Below are positions 49,824 through 59,374 of a stretch of DNA of 64,000 bases, one piece after another; position 1 is the stretch's first letter, and every line of letters starts with the position of its first letter. Where the stretch lies: the NCBI GenBank assembly GCA_031414955.1, contig JANOQV010000065.1, forward strand, positions 9,958 through 73,957, written 5' to 3'. Origin of the DNA: Pedosphaera sp. (GTDB taxonomy: Bacteria > Verrucomicrobiota > Verrucomicrobiia > Limisphaerales > SIBH01). A program made the translations under genes and the position numbers. Under the pieces are notes generated by a model that saw only the letters and a list, made by a program, of their open reading frames with translations, did not search any database and was not told where the DNA came from.

Positions 49824-50402
49824 TCACGCGTGCGCGTCCGCACCAGAACGCTGGCGCCAATCCTCCCGCAGAATCGCGTAAAGATATTCGTCGGCCCAGC
49901 GGCCTTTGAACCAGAGGCTCTGCCGCAAGTGACCCTCGCGACGCAGGCCCAATTGCTCCATCAGCGTCCAGGCGGCGGTGTTCTCCGCGTCCGTATCCGC
50001 CACCACCCGGTGCAGTTTCAGGCGCTCGAACAACGCATCGAGCAGACACGACAGCGCCTCCACCGCGAAGCCCTGCCGCTGAAAGCGCCGCGCCAGCGTG
50101 CCGCCGATCGTGGCCTGGCGCGGATCGTGGGCCTGAACCTTCACGGCGCAATCACCGATGAGCGCGTTGGTGTCCTTGAGGGCGACGGCGATCTGCAGCC
50201 ACTGGCCGGGCACGCCCGCCTCCTGCGATTGTTGATGTCGAACGAACTCCGTCGCGGCGGGGAGTTCAATGCCCTTCCAACCCTGATACCGCGCGACCTT
50301 GGGATCGTTGCGGTAGGCAAAGAAGGCAGGGACATCCGCCTCGGTAAAGCGCCTGAGCACGAGCCGGGGCGTCTGGAGGGGCAGCAGGTCTGAGTTACTC
50401 AT
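49824..50402 (-). CDS. GNAT family N-acetyltransferase, RimJ/RimL-like (copy A)
   Basis: [31 protein letters not shown]...[10 protein letters not shown]. Confidence 0.92.
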   Translation of the reverse strand: MSNSDLLPLQTPRLVLRRFTEADVPAFFAYRNDPKVARYQGWKGIELPAATEFVRHQQSQEAGVPGQWLQIAVALKDTNALIGDCAVKVQAHDPRQATIGGTLARRFQRQGFAVEALSCLLDALFERLKLHRVVADTDAENTAAWTLMEQLGLRREGHLRQSLWFKGRWADEYLYAILREDWRQRSGADAHA

Positions 50403-51217
50403 GTTTCCTTCATTGCTCCGGGAGCGGTCCACGCCTGCACGATCATCGTGTCAGTTTCCTTTTCGAGCGGACGGCCATCGAAGTCGCCGAGTATCTCCCA
50501 GCGCGCAAAGCCCACGACGCGCAGTAGCAATTCCATCTCGGGCCGGTACGTCCAGCGCATCGTCGTTTTGGACGGGTGGGTCGCGATGACCTGGCCGGTC
50601 GCATCGAGCATCTCGACCTCGTTGCAGGAATACTGAACCTGCTTCACCCGGTCGAAGGTCCGCGTGTCCCACGCCCGGATCGGCAGGCCGGTCTCAGGGT
50701 GAGCGATCTCGCCTTCCAAGGCGCGAGTGCCGCTCGTTTGGGCAATCCAGTTCAACCCAGGAAAGGACGTGTCGAGCACGAGCATCCCGCCCGGCTGCAA
50801 ATGTTCGCGGCACGCGCGCAAGCAGCCGAGTTGCGCCTCGGTCGTGAGAATATGCACGAAGGCGTTGAACGGAATCATGATGCGCGCGAAGCGGCGCGGC
50901 AGCCGAAACGCAGCCATGTCCGCCTGGTGCAACGTCGGATTCAGTCCCAGCGCCGCCGCCTTTTCGCGCAAGCGCTGCAACATGCCGGCAAAGAGATCCA
51001 GCCCCTCGATGTCCACGCCGGCCTGGAGGCACGGCAGCAGGATGCGCCCGGTGCCGCACCCGACATCGAGCACTGGCCCGCGCGCGGCTTTGGCCAACTC
51101 GACATAGAAGTCGAGCCCGGGCTGGAAATCCCCGAGCAGCAGATCGTAGAGCGCGCCGTCATCGAAGGGCGTGGCTTCAGCGGTGGATGATGATTGTTCT
51201 GTTGAGGATTTGTTCAT
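50399..51217 (-). CDS. Class I SAM-dependent methyltransferase
   Basis: VLDVGCGTGR, GLD, ADM, HLQPGG. Confidence 0.92.
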   Translation of the reverse strand: MNKSSTEQSSSTAEATPFDDGALYDLLLGDFQPGLDFYVELAKAARGPVLDVGCGTGRILLPCLQAGVDIEGLDLFAGMLQRLREKAAALGLNPTLHQADMAAFRLPRRFARIMIPFNAFVHILTTEAQLGCLRACREHLQPGGMLVLDTSFPGLNWIAQTSGTRALEGEIAHPETGLPIRAWDTRTFDRVKQVQYSCNEVEMLDATGQVIATHPSKTTMRWTYRPEMELLLRVVGFARWEILGDFDGRPLEKETDTMIVQAWTAPGAMKET

Positions 51218-51303
51218 AACACGAGCGGCGAACCGTCTGAAATTTCATTTGCTCCCAGTTCTTGCTTGGCTCCGTTGAAGGATTCAAAAAGCCGCCATGT
51301 TTC

Positions 51304-51858
51304 TTACGAGGCGTCTTGGTTGTAGGCGGGCAGGCCATCGATGCTCGTCTGGTTGTGGGAGGCGCGGTAGGCGTCGAGTTTCTCCGGGCCTTGATGGGCA
51401 GCCCACTGATCGAGCGTGTCACGACGGCTGCGGAAATCGTAAATCGGTACGGCATAGCCACAAGAATCCGAGACGCGCTTCACTGAAATATGAACAAATG
51501 CCCGGGTGCCAGGATGGGTTGGAAACAGTGAAGCCAGCTTGGTGAATCGGGCATCTCCAGGGGTAATCACGCTGCCGTTCCCATGCAGGCGGACAATTTT
51601 TGGAGCGCCGTCAAAAGCACAGAACATCACCACGATGCGGCCGTTCTCCCGGAGGTGGGCGGCCGTCTCCGCACCGCTGCCAGTATAGTCCTGATAAGCG
51701 ACCTCCAATGGCCCGAGCACGCGGAAAGACTCGCCGCCCTTGGGCGACGTGTTGATGTGCCCGTCCGGTGAAAGCGGCGCCGTCGCCACAAAGAAAACAC
51801 GCTGCCCGGCAATCCAGGCGGCGAGTTCAGGGTCGATTTTTTCGTATTGTTTGCTCAT
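51304..51858 (-). CDS. Pyridoxamine 5'-phosphate oxidase family FMN-binding protein
   Basis: VFFVATAP...INTSPKG, TGSGAETAAHLRENGR, SCGYAVP. Confidence 0.9.
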   Translation of the reverse strand: MSKQYEKIDPELAAWIAGQRVFFVATAPLSPDGHINTSPKGGESFRVLGPLEVAYQDYTGSGAETAAHLRENGRIVVMFCAFDGAPKIVRLHGNGSVITPGDARFTKLASLFPTHPGTRAFVHISVKRVSDSCGYAVPIYDFRSRRDTLDQWAAHQGPEKLDAYRASHNQTSIDGLPAYNQDAS

Positions 51859-52042
51859 GTGAGGGGTCGAGTGACTCGGTTGATGCCGTGGGCGAAGCCA
51901 ACGAGCATCGAAACTTCGCGAATTCCGTTCCGCAACCGGACGTTACGGTCGAGTCGAACACCTTGAAGCCATGCTGAACAGCTAACCGCCACGCGAACGT
52001 GCTCTTGTCGGAACCGGAATTGCCGAAGACGAGGATTCTCAT
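51827..52042 (-). pseudogene. Truncated adenylate/shikimate-kinase-like P-loop protein remnant
   Basis: MRILVFGNSGSDKSTFA: Walker A with G to D change; similarity lost after ~30 aa; ATGA-coupled to the kinase stop. Confidence 0.6.
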
Positions 52043-55000
52043 GGGGCTTTCGCGGAATTGAGTTCATTGCGCCCGATGGATTTCTCTGCGCTCTCTATTT
52101 CAGCCCATGACGGCGCGCGCCAGGTCTGCCACGGCGGGCCGGCGAGGATCACGTCCCCATCGGCACTCCACCGGGCCGCGTTCAGAAGTGAGCCGGTGCC
52201 GCGCAAGGTCAGCAGTTCCTGGCGCGTGCCGATATCCCAGAGCTTGATGGACTCGCGCCCGCCGGACGCGGAAATCAACCGTCGTCCATCTGCGGAGAAG
52301 GCGATGCCGAAGACCGCGTTTAGGTGGCCATGGAGGGATCCGACCAATTCGCCTTTGGCGGGATCAAACAGACTCACGAGACCGCCCCCGGTGGACGAAG
52401 CCACCAGTCCGCCATCGGGCGAAACCGCCAGCCAACGGGAAAAATATCTCCCGGGAACACGCCGCGGTGCCCGATCGGGGTGGACCAAATCGTAGAATCC
52501 GATTTCATGGTCGTTGCCCCGCCTGATTGCCACGACCAGCACCCGCCCGCCCGCAGCAAAGGTCGGATCATTGATAGGCCCGCCAATGGACGCTACAATT
52601 TGCCCGGTTTCGATGTGCCAGGCGCGCAGGGAATCGGCGGTCCATGTGCGCAGGGTATCCTCTGGTTTGGGCAAGGCCACCAAGTAATTTCCATCCTCAC
52701 TGAAGCGGAAGGGAACGAGCCCCGGGACATCGCTCTTCAGTTCAATTCGACGACCTAGTGCCGCGAGGTTCGCCACGTAAACCGACGCCGAGGAAGTCCC
52801 TTCGGTCCACGCCAGAAGCTGGCGCGTGGCGTTGTAGGCCAGCCCGGGCGGGCACGTGCCCGAGGCGACCACAACTGCTCCGCGTTGAATGAACTCCGCA
52901 CCGCGCAACTCGCGGATGAGGATCTGGTTGGTTCCATCCCAGTGACAAAGAATGTTGGTGCCAAACCAGCCAAGGACATTGGTGGAGGATACGATCTCAC
53001 GCAGCGGCCCCCCGAGGGAGTCGCGCTTGAGGTCGACCAGCTCGGGCGGCTGGCCCGGGGGCAGCAACAATGCGCGCGAGTGGTCTAGAGGCAGAACCTC
53101 ATTGTACCGGAGGTTTTCCGGCAGACGGCTGTATCCATCTGCGGCGCTCTTCCCATCATCTCTCCACAACATGAGATCCCCGTCCTTGCTCGCGCTGGCG
53201 ACGAGTTGAGCCGGCTCCGAGATCGCGACGGCATGAACCTCGTCCCTGTGGCCGCGCAGCACCTTGGTTTCGGTCCATTTGCTCGTATCCCAGAACCGGA
53301 TGGATTGGTCGCTCGCCGCAGAGATCAAACGTCGTCCGTCCCTGGTAAACGCCAGCTTGCAAACCCAAGCGGTGTGTCCGTCGAGTTGGCGGAGTAGCCG
53401 GCCGGTCGCGGCATCCCAGACGCGGATAGTGGGATCTTCGAATCCCGAGCCGGAAGCCAGCACCCGGCCGTCCGGCGAGATGGCCAGCGTGGTCAGCCCG
53501 TAGTCCCGTTGCGATTCGGTCAGCCAGAGTTCATGGCCCGTGGCGAGGTCGAGGCACTGGATGCTGTAGCGGTAGTTCAAAGAGTCAGAACGTGCCAGAT
53601 ACAAACGCCGGTTGTCGGGAGATAGCTGGGCGGCTCCGCAATGGAGGGTTTTACTGTAAACGGTCGGGTGGCGGCTTTCGATCCGAGAGGAGGACACGTT
53701 CACTACCCAGACTTCGTCGCCGATTTCCGGCGTAGATCCGGCGATCTGGTAGGGTATTCCGGCGTAGATGACCACCCTTGAACCATCCTGCGAAAACGCG
53801 ATATCGCGAACGTTCCATGCGCCTTGGTCGGGTGCCCGCCACAGGATCGATTCCCGGCCGGAGTCGAGGTCATACAGGGCGACCACTTTGGGTTCGGATG
53901 TGGCAGCCAGAAGATTGCGAACCGGAGAAAAAGCCACCCGTCCCTGGTGACCATGCTCGCGATCCGTCAGGGTCTGAACCAATCGTCGGCCCTGGACATC
54001 CCACAAGTCCACGCGTCCGTCATACCAACCCACGGCCAGGCGGCTACCATCCGGGGAAAAGCTGACGGCGTATCCGCGCGGCGTCGCCCGGTTGGTGAGC
54101 GTGACGAGCGCGCTGCTGCGGGCCAGTTGCCAGAGATAACGCCACTCCCATCCGCGAAGGTCTGCCTCGCCGGTCTGCGGTCGATGCCGGTCCAGCAACC
54201 GGCGCGCTTGGCCGAGATTGTTCAGCTTCAGCGATTGCTGGGCGAGATTCATGTCCGAGGCGTAGGCTTTCTGACGGGCGGCCAACTCTCCTTTCTCCGC
54301 TCGCTGGCGTTCGCGATCGATGCGCCACGCGGCAATCGGTGAACCGATGGCAACACCGAGCAGAAGTACAATGGTAGCCAGACTCAAGCTCGCGATGGCT
54401 GGCTTACGGCGGCACCAGCGCCAGATTTTTTCCGGCGCGCTCACGGGACGCGAGTGGATTGTTTCGCCGCGCAGGAAGCGCCCAAGTTCTTCAGCCAGTT
54501 CTTGCGCGGATGCAAAACGCTTGCCCGGTTCCTTCTCCAAACACTTCAGGCAAATCGTTTCCAGGTCCGCCGGGATGGCGGGAATCAAAAGGCGCGGCGC
54601 AATGGGTTCCTTGCTCTCCACTTGTTGCAGCGTGTCGGCGACGGACTGGCCCACGAACGGCGCGCGCCCCGTGAGCGCGTGGTAGAGAATCGCGCCCAAC
54701 GAATACACGTCGCTCGCCGGTCCCATTTTGCCGCGCTCGCCCAACGCCTGCTCCGGTGGCATGAAACTCGGCGAACCCATCACTTGACCGGTCAGTGTCA
54801 GGTCCGAGTCGTTGCTCAGATTCTTCGCCAGGCCAAAGTCCGTCACGCGCGGCTGATCGTTCGAGTCGATGAGCACGTTCGACGGCTTTAGGTCTCGGTG
54901 AAGTATTCGCCTCGTGTGCGCGAAGTGAATCGCTTCCGCGATGGTCTTCACATAGCCCGCCGCGCGTTTGGCCGTCAGCGGCTTGTCGCGGACGAGTTGC

Positions 55001-55437
55001 GCGAGGTCCGGACCATCGACGAAATCCATCGCGAAGTAATGCTGGCTCTGATGCACGCCCACTTCGTGAATGGCCACGATGTTCGGATGCTGCAAACTCG
55101 CCGCCGCCGAAGCCTCGATGCGAAACCGATGGATGAACTCTTCGCTCGCATACTGACCAAGCAGCAACAACTTCACCGCCACGATGCGGTCCAAACTTTT
55201 CTGTCGCGCGCGATAAACGATGCCCATGCCGCCCCGCGCGATTTCCTCCAGCAGTTCGTAGTCGCCGAAATCCCGGTGAGCCTGATCTGGGAGCGCCGGC
55301 GTCTCGCCGGCTGGTCGGGGCGATTCTGGCCGGCGGGACGCCAGCGCTCCCAGCGCGCAGTGCGGGCACAGTCCCGCCGGCACATGGGCCGGAAGCTCGC
55401 TTCCGCATTCCGCACAGCGTTGCACAGGAGTGCTCAT
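52039..55437 (-). CDS. Ser/Thr kinase with N-terminal CxxC pair, TM helix and WD40 repeats (kinase B)
   Basis: CAEC...CPHC; IARGGMGIVY, HRDLKPSN, TDFG, MPPEQ; TM; LRGH..WD repeats. Confidence 0.95.
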   Translation of the reverse strand: MSTPVQRCAECGSELPAHVPAGLCPHCALGALASRRPESPRPAGETPALPDQAHRDFGDYELLEEIARGGMGIVYRARQKSLDRIVAVKLLLLGQYASEEFIHRFRIEASAAASLQHPNIVAIHEVGVHQSQHYFAMDFVDGPDLAQLVRDKPLTAKRAAGYVKTIAEAIHFAHTRRILHRDLKPSNVLIDSNDQPRVTDFGLAKNLSNDSDLTLTGQVMGSPSFMPPEQALGERGKMGPASDVYSLGAILYHALTGRAPFVGQSVADTLQQVESKEPIAPRLLIPAIPADLETICLKCLEKEPGKRFASAQELAEELGRFLRGETIHSRPVSAPEKIWRWCRRKPAIASLSLATIVLLLGVAIGSPIAAWRIDRERQRAEKGELAARQKAYASDMNLAQQSLKLNNLGQARRLLDRHRPQTGEADLRGWEWRYLWQLARSSALVTLTNRATPRGYAVSFSPDGSRLAVGWYDGRVDLWDVQGRRLVQTLTDREHGHQGRVAFSPVRNLLAATSEPKVVALYDLDSGRESILWRAPDQGAWNVRDIAFSQDGSRVVIYAGIPYQIAGSTPEIGDEVWVVNVSSSRIESRHPTVYSKTLHCGAAQLSPDNRRLYLARSDSLNYRYSIQCLDLATGHELWLTESQRDYGLTTLAISPDGRVLASGSGFEDPTIRVWDAATGRLLRQLDGHTAWVCKLAFTRDGRRLISAASDQSIRFWDTSKWTETKVLRGHRDEVHAVAISEPAQLVASASKDGDLMLWRDDGKSAADGYSRLPENLRYNEVLPLDHSRALLLPPGQPPELVDLKRDSLGGPLREIVSSTNVLGWFGTNILCHWDGTNQILIRELRGAEFIQRGAVVVASGTCPPGLAYNATRQLLAWTEGTSSASVYVANLAALGRRIELKSDVPGLVPFRFSEDGNYLVALPKPEDTLRTWTADSLRAWHIETGQIVASIGGPINDPTFAAGGRVLVVAIRRGNDHEIGFYDLVHPDRAPRRVPGRYFSRWLAVSPDGGLVASSTGGGLVSLFDPAKGELVGSLHGHLNAVFGIAFSADGRRLISASGGRESIKLWDIGTRQELLTLRGTGSLLNAARWSADGDVILAGPPWQTWRAPSWAEIESAEKSIGRNELNSAKAP
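54250..55269. repeat. Kinase-domain block duplicated at 61390-62409
   Basis: Both blocks are 1020 bp with nearly identical protein from FGDYELL to AYASDM except the TM. Confidence 0.9.
55287..55353. repeat. REP-like palindrome in frame in the kinase B N-terminus
   Basis: 25-bp arms CTGGGAGCGCCGGCGTCTCGCCGGC / GCCGGCGGGACGCCAGCGCTCCCAG, 2 mismatches. Confidence 0.85.
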
Positions 55438-55481
55438 TAATTTTTCAACCTGAGACTGTCTCTTACCCGCTACAGAGACCA

Positions 55482-58400
55482 CTACAGTTTTCTCAGCCGA
55501 TAAAACTGCGCTCCGCCGGAAAAGCTGTTCGTGACCGTCCATTGCGCGCCCAGAAGTGCCGGCGCATTGGTCACATCAACCCAGATCACGGGCGGAGCCA
55601 GATCGAGCGTCGATTGCAAGGTGAACCCAGGCGCATTCGTGGGCCAAGAGAGGACAAGGTTATTGCCGCTGCGCCCGGCATCGAAAGGCACAGGGCTGCG
55701 GATGAGCGCCATGCTCTGATTAAATCCCGCCGCAATCGCCACCACTCCACTCTCCGCGACCACGGGCACGATCGATTGGCCCCTGTTGCGGTAGCTCCCG
55801 AAGCTGTTGGTGCCTGCACCCCACGCCACCACTGAGCCATCGTTCTTCAACGCCACGGTGTGAGAAAATCCCGCGGCAACCGCCGTCACCTGACTCAACC
55901 CTGCGGGCACCGTGGTTTGGCCGTTGGTGTTGAATCCCCAAGCGACGACAGTCCCGTCGGACTTCAGGGCTACGGTGTGCAAACCTCCCGCCGCGATGGC
56001 CATAACCCCGCTCTGCGCTTCGACGGGCACCGTCGTTGCACCCGCGAAGTTCTCACCCCACGCGACGACGCTCCCGTCGTTCTTTAAGGCCACGGTGTGG
56101 AGGTATCCCGCGGCAATGGCCGTCACTCCGCTTTGCGCTGCCACGGGCACCGTCGTCTGACCGGAGGTGTTGAGTCCCCACGCCACCACGCTCCCGTCGT
56201 TCTTTAAGGCCACGGTGTGGGATTCGCCCGCGGCAATCGCGATCACTCCGCTGTGCGCCGCGACCGGAACATTCGTGTCGGTACTTCCAAAGGCACTTCC
56301 CCACACAAGCACGCTCCCGTCATCCTTCAAGGCCACGGTGTGGGATTCGCCCACCGCAAACGCTGTCACTCCGCTCTGCGCTGCCGCAGGCACATTCGCT
56401 TGGCCGTCCGCGTTTTCTCCCCACATCACCACCGCGCCGGGCGAGGTTGGCCATACAAGCACAAACTCGTAGGCACCCATGTCGAAGGTTGAGATGCCAT
56501 CCTTGTTGCCGTCCATCGGCCGCGGCCGACCAGCCAGGTCGTATTGAATGATGGCGCTCAAGTTCGTGCCCGTGTCGATACAAGGCGAGCCAGCGCGCAG
56601 CCGGTAATCGCCGGCCGCCGCATTCACGAACGCTGGTTCGTTGGTGATGTTGCCGATGCCGTTCGTCGGCAGCGGTGTGGTGCAGGAATAGTTGATTGCC
56701 AAAGGCACCGATGGAGGAGCGTCGAGGTAATTCGCTCCGACTGGGGCGTCGTTGGAGTAAACGATGCAGTTATTCAAGGTGACAACATGTGGCTCAAAAA
56801 AAATCCCCGGTTCAGCGCCCACCGCCCCGCCGCCCCGTTCACCAGCCGAGTTTCCAGTCACGGTGCAATTGTTCAAATTAGCGCCCCAAGTACCTCCGCC
56901 TTCCCGCCCGGCCGAGTTGCCCTTCAAAACACAGTTGTTCAACGTGCCGAACCACGCCCCGCCGCCGTCAAGGCCAGCCGAATTTCCTGTGATCAGACAA
57001 TTGTTCAAATTCGCACCCTCCGCTCCCCCGCCTGCTCCCGCCGAGTTGCCGGACAGCGTGCAGTGGTAGAGCGTGCCTGCGTATGCGCCACCGCCCAACC
57101 CGGCTGAATTACCGGTCAGCACGCAGTTGGACACCATGGTGCCGTAATCCCAGCAATAGACGCCACCGCCGTCGGTGTTGATCTCAGCGTCGCCGCCAAC
57201 CCCGGTTGCTCCATTCGTCAGGGTAAAACCGACCAGCGCCGCGCCATTGGTCAGAAAAGCGCAGCGAATGGCACTGTCCCCGTTAGTGGTGCCGGGAACC
57301 TGATACCCCTGGATCACCGTGACGACCGGCCCGTTGACGCTTCGCACGGTCACGGGTTTGGTCACCGCCACGCGGTTGGTGATGATCGAGCCGACCCCAA
57401 CCCGTCCGCCGGTGGCATACACGCCGTTGGTCACCACGATTTCATCACCCGCTTCGGCGGCATCAACCGCATCCTGAATCGTGTGCGCCGCCGTTGCCCA
57501 AGTCCGATAAGGCGGCGTTGGACTTGCGCTTCCCGGCCAAACGAGCAGCGGCAGTTTGTATTCGTAAGCGCCCATGTCGAACGCGGCCTGCCCATCTCCG
57601 TTGCCGTCCAGCGGACGCGGCCTGCCATCGAGATCGTTCGTGATGCTGGCGCTCAAGTTCGTGCCCGTGTCGATGCAAGGCGAGCCGGCGCGCAGTTTGT
57701 AATCGCCTGCCGCCGCATTCACAAACGCCGGTTCGTTCGTGATGTTGCCGGTGCCGTTCGTCGGCAAGGGAGTGGTGCAGGAGAACTCAAGGGAACAGAA
57801 AGGTGAAAAATTCGGTCCATCTGAGTTCAGGTAGCTGATGCAGTTGGTGAGCGTGCATTGCAAGGTTGCCGGTGCGCCCGTTCCACCAGGACGATTACGA
57901 TTAGCCACGATGGTACAGTTCACGAGGGTGCTTCCCTCTGCCGCCGGGGCGTAGTTGGATACGTTGCTGGCGAGCACGGAATTGTACGCGGTACAGAAGG
58001 ACAAGGCGCCCCCGACATCGGTGAAATTGTTGATGACGAGACAGTTGAAGAGCGTGCTTTCTTCGGCTGCACCGCCTTCAAAACCGGAGTCATTGAACGC
58101 GAGGACGGAATTGTAAATCCGGCCACCATAGACCCCGGCCCCAAAGCCATCTCCGTCGGAGTCGAGAGCATAGTTGCCCACGATCCGGCAGTTGGTAAGA
58201 ACAGCGCCAGACTCGCAGAAAGCGCCGGCACCATTCCGATGAAAGCCGTTGGTCAAGGTGAAGCCGCTTAACGTGGCCCCGGTCTCCAAATAGGCACAAC
58301 GAACGTAGGCGTATCCCTCCTTTCGTTCACCAACAATTGTCGTGACCAATGGTCCGCTAACGCTGCGAACGACGATGGATTTGTCGATGATGATTCGGTT

Positions 58401-58670
58401 TGTGTGGAACGTTTCAGGAATTCCCCGCCCGCCCGTGGCATAGATGCCGTTGGTCACCACGATGTCGTCGCCAACCGCCGCCGCGTCGATGGCGTCCTGA
58501 ATGTTCGTGGCGGCGCTGGCCCAAGTCGCGTAGGGCGGCGCGGGACTCGGACTGCTTTGCCACACATACAAAGTGGCGGCTGATGCCGTCAGGGCCTGAG
58601 CCGCCAGTACGACGGCCAGGAGTCCGCGCCTCACCTGAACTGCTTTTGGTTTCCAACAGATATTTTGCAT
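55482..58670 (-). CDS. Exported protein: two beta-helix (choice-of-anchor Q-like) modules, RCC1-like repeats, C-terminal FYR domain
   Basis: Signal peptide; IQDAIDAA...[11 protein letters not shown]...DMGAYE twice; [22 protein letters not shown] repeats; ends QFYRLRKL; alternative GTG start at 58721. Confidence 0.88.
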   Translation of the reverse strand: MQNICWKPKAVQVRRGLLAVVLAAQALTASAATLYVWQSSPSPAPPYATWASAATNIQDAIDAAAVGDDIVVTNGIYATGGRGIPETFHTNRIIIDKSIVVRSVSGPLVTTIVGERKEGYAYVRCAYLETGATLSGFTLTNGFHRNGAGAFCESGAVLTNCRIVGNYALDSDGDGFGAGVYGGRIYNSVLAFNDSGFEGGAAEESTLFNCLVINNFTDVGGALSFCTAYNSVLASNVSNYAPAAEGSTLVNCTIVANRNRPGGTGAPATLQCTLTNCISYLNSDGPNFSPFCSLEFSCTTPLPTNGTGNITNEPAFVNAAAGDYKLRAGSPCIDTGTNLSASITNDLDGRPRPLDGNGDGQAAFDMGAYEYKLPLLVWPGSASPTPPYRTWATAAHTIQDAVDAAEAGDEIVVTNGVYATGGRVGVGSIITNRVAVTKPVTVRSVNGPVVTVIQGYQVPGTTNGDSAIRCAFLTNGAALVGFTLTNGATGVGGDAEINTDGGGVYCWDYGTMVSNCVLTGNSAGLGGGAYAGTLYHCTLSGNSAGAGGGAEGANLNNCLITGNSAGLDGGGAWFGTLNNCVLKGNSAGREGGGTWGANLNNCTVTGNSAGERGGGAVGAEPGIFFEPHVVTLNNCIVYSNDAPVGANYLDAPPSVPLAINYSCTTPLPTNGIGNITNEPAFVNAAAGDYRLRAGSPCIDTGTNLSAIIQYDLAGRPRPMDGNKDGISTFDMGAYEFVLVWPTSPGAVVMWGENADGQANVPAAAQSGVTAFAVGESHTVALKDDGSVLVWGSAFGSTDTNVPVAAHSGVIAIAAGESHTVALKNDGSVVAWGLNTSGQTTVPVAAQSGVTAIAAGYLHTVALKNDGSVVAWGENFAGATTVPVEAQSGVMAIAAGGLHTVALKSDGTVVAWGFNTNGQTTVPAGLSQVTAVAAGFSHTVALKNDGSVVAWGAGTNSFGSYRNRGQSIVPVVAESGVVAIAAGFNQSMALIRSPVPFDAGRSGNNLVLSWPTNAPGFTLQSTLDLAPPVIWVDVTNAPALLGAQWTVTNSFSGGAQFYRLRKL

Positions 58671-58717
58671 AACATTTCGCTTTCCTGTCCGGCCATTGCG
58701 CTGGGATTCGCGGGTCT

Positions 58718-58766
58718 TCACTCACTACAGGGGGAGTTTTTGGAAGAGGTTGCAGGAATTCTTTGC
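58718..58766 (-). promoter_or_regulatory. Candidate promoter (copy B), overlapping the GNAT 3' tail
   Basis: Same two blocks as 49771-49819. Confidence 0.6.
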
Positions 58767-59374
58767 CTGCCATCCGCCCGCGCGTCCCGACCAGGACGCT
58801 GGAGCCAATCCTCCCGCAGCATCGCGTAAAGATATTCGTCGGCCCAGCGGCCCTTGAACCAGAGGCTTTGTCGCAGGTGACCTTCGCGCCGCAGGCCCAG
58901 TTGCTCCATGAGCGTCCAGGCGGCGGTATTCTCCACGTCCGTATCCGCCACCACCCGGTGCAGTTTCAGGCGCTCGAACAACGCCTCAAGCAGACACGAC
59001 AGAGCCTCCGCCGCGAAGCCCTGCCGCTGAAAGCGCCGCGCCAACGTGCCGCCAATCGTGGCCTGCCGCGAATCGTGGGCCAGAACCTTCACGGCGCAAT
59101 CGCCGATGAGCGCGTTGGTGTCCTTGAGGGCGACGGCGATCTGCAGCCATTCGCCGGGCACGCCCGCCTTCTGCGATTCCTGGCGTCGAACGAACTCCGT
59201 CGCGTCGGCGAGTGCAATGCCCTCCCAACCCTGATACCGCGCGACCTTGGGATCGTTGCGGTAGGCAAAGAAGGCAGCGACATCCGCCTCCGTGAAGCGG
59301 CGCAGGACGAGCCGGGGAGTGTGGAGGGGAAGCAGGTCCAGGTTTTGCTCCGATGATTGCGTGACTGGGATCAT
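58718..59374 (-). CDS. GNAT family N-acetyltransferase, RimJ/RimL-like (copy B)
   Basis: Close paralog of 49824-50402; ATGA-coupled to kinase C. Confidence 0.92.
   Translation of the reverse strand: MIPVTQSSEQNLDLLPLHTPRLVLRRFTEADVAAFFAYRNDPKVARYQGWEGIALADATEFVRRQESQKAGVPGEWLQIAVALKDTNALIGDCAVKVLAHDSRQATIGGTLARRFQRQGFAAEALSCLLEALFERLKLHRVVADTDVENTAAWTLMEQLGLRREGHLRQSLWFKGRWADEYLYAMLREDWLQRPGRDARADGRQRIPATSSKNSPCSE

Noticed and set aside
55820..56400. Regularly spaced direct repeats resembling a CRISPR array
   Set aside because: They are coding RCC1-like repeats in an open frame; no cas genes
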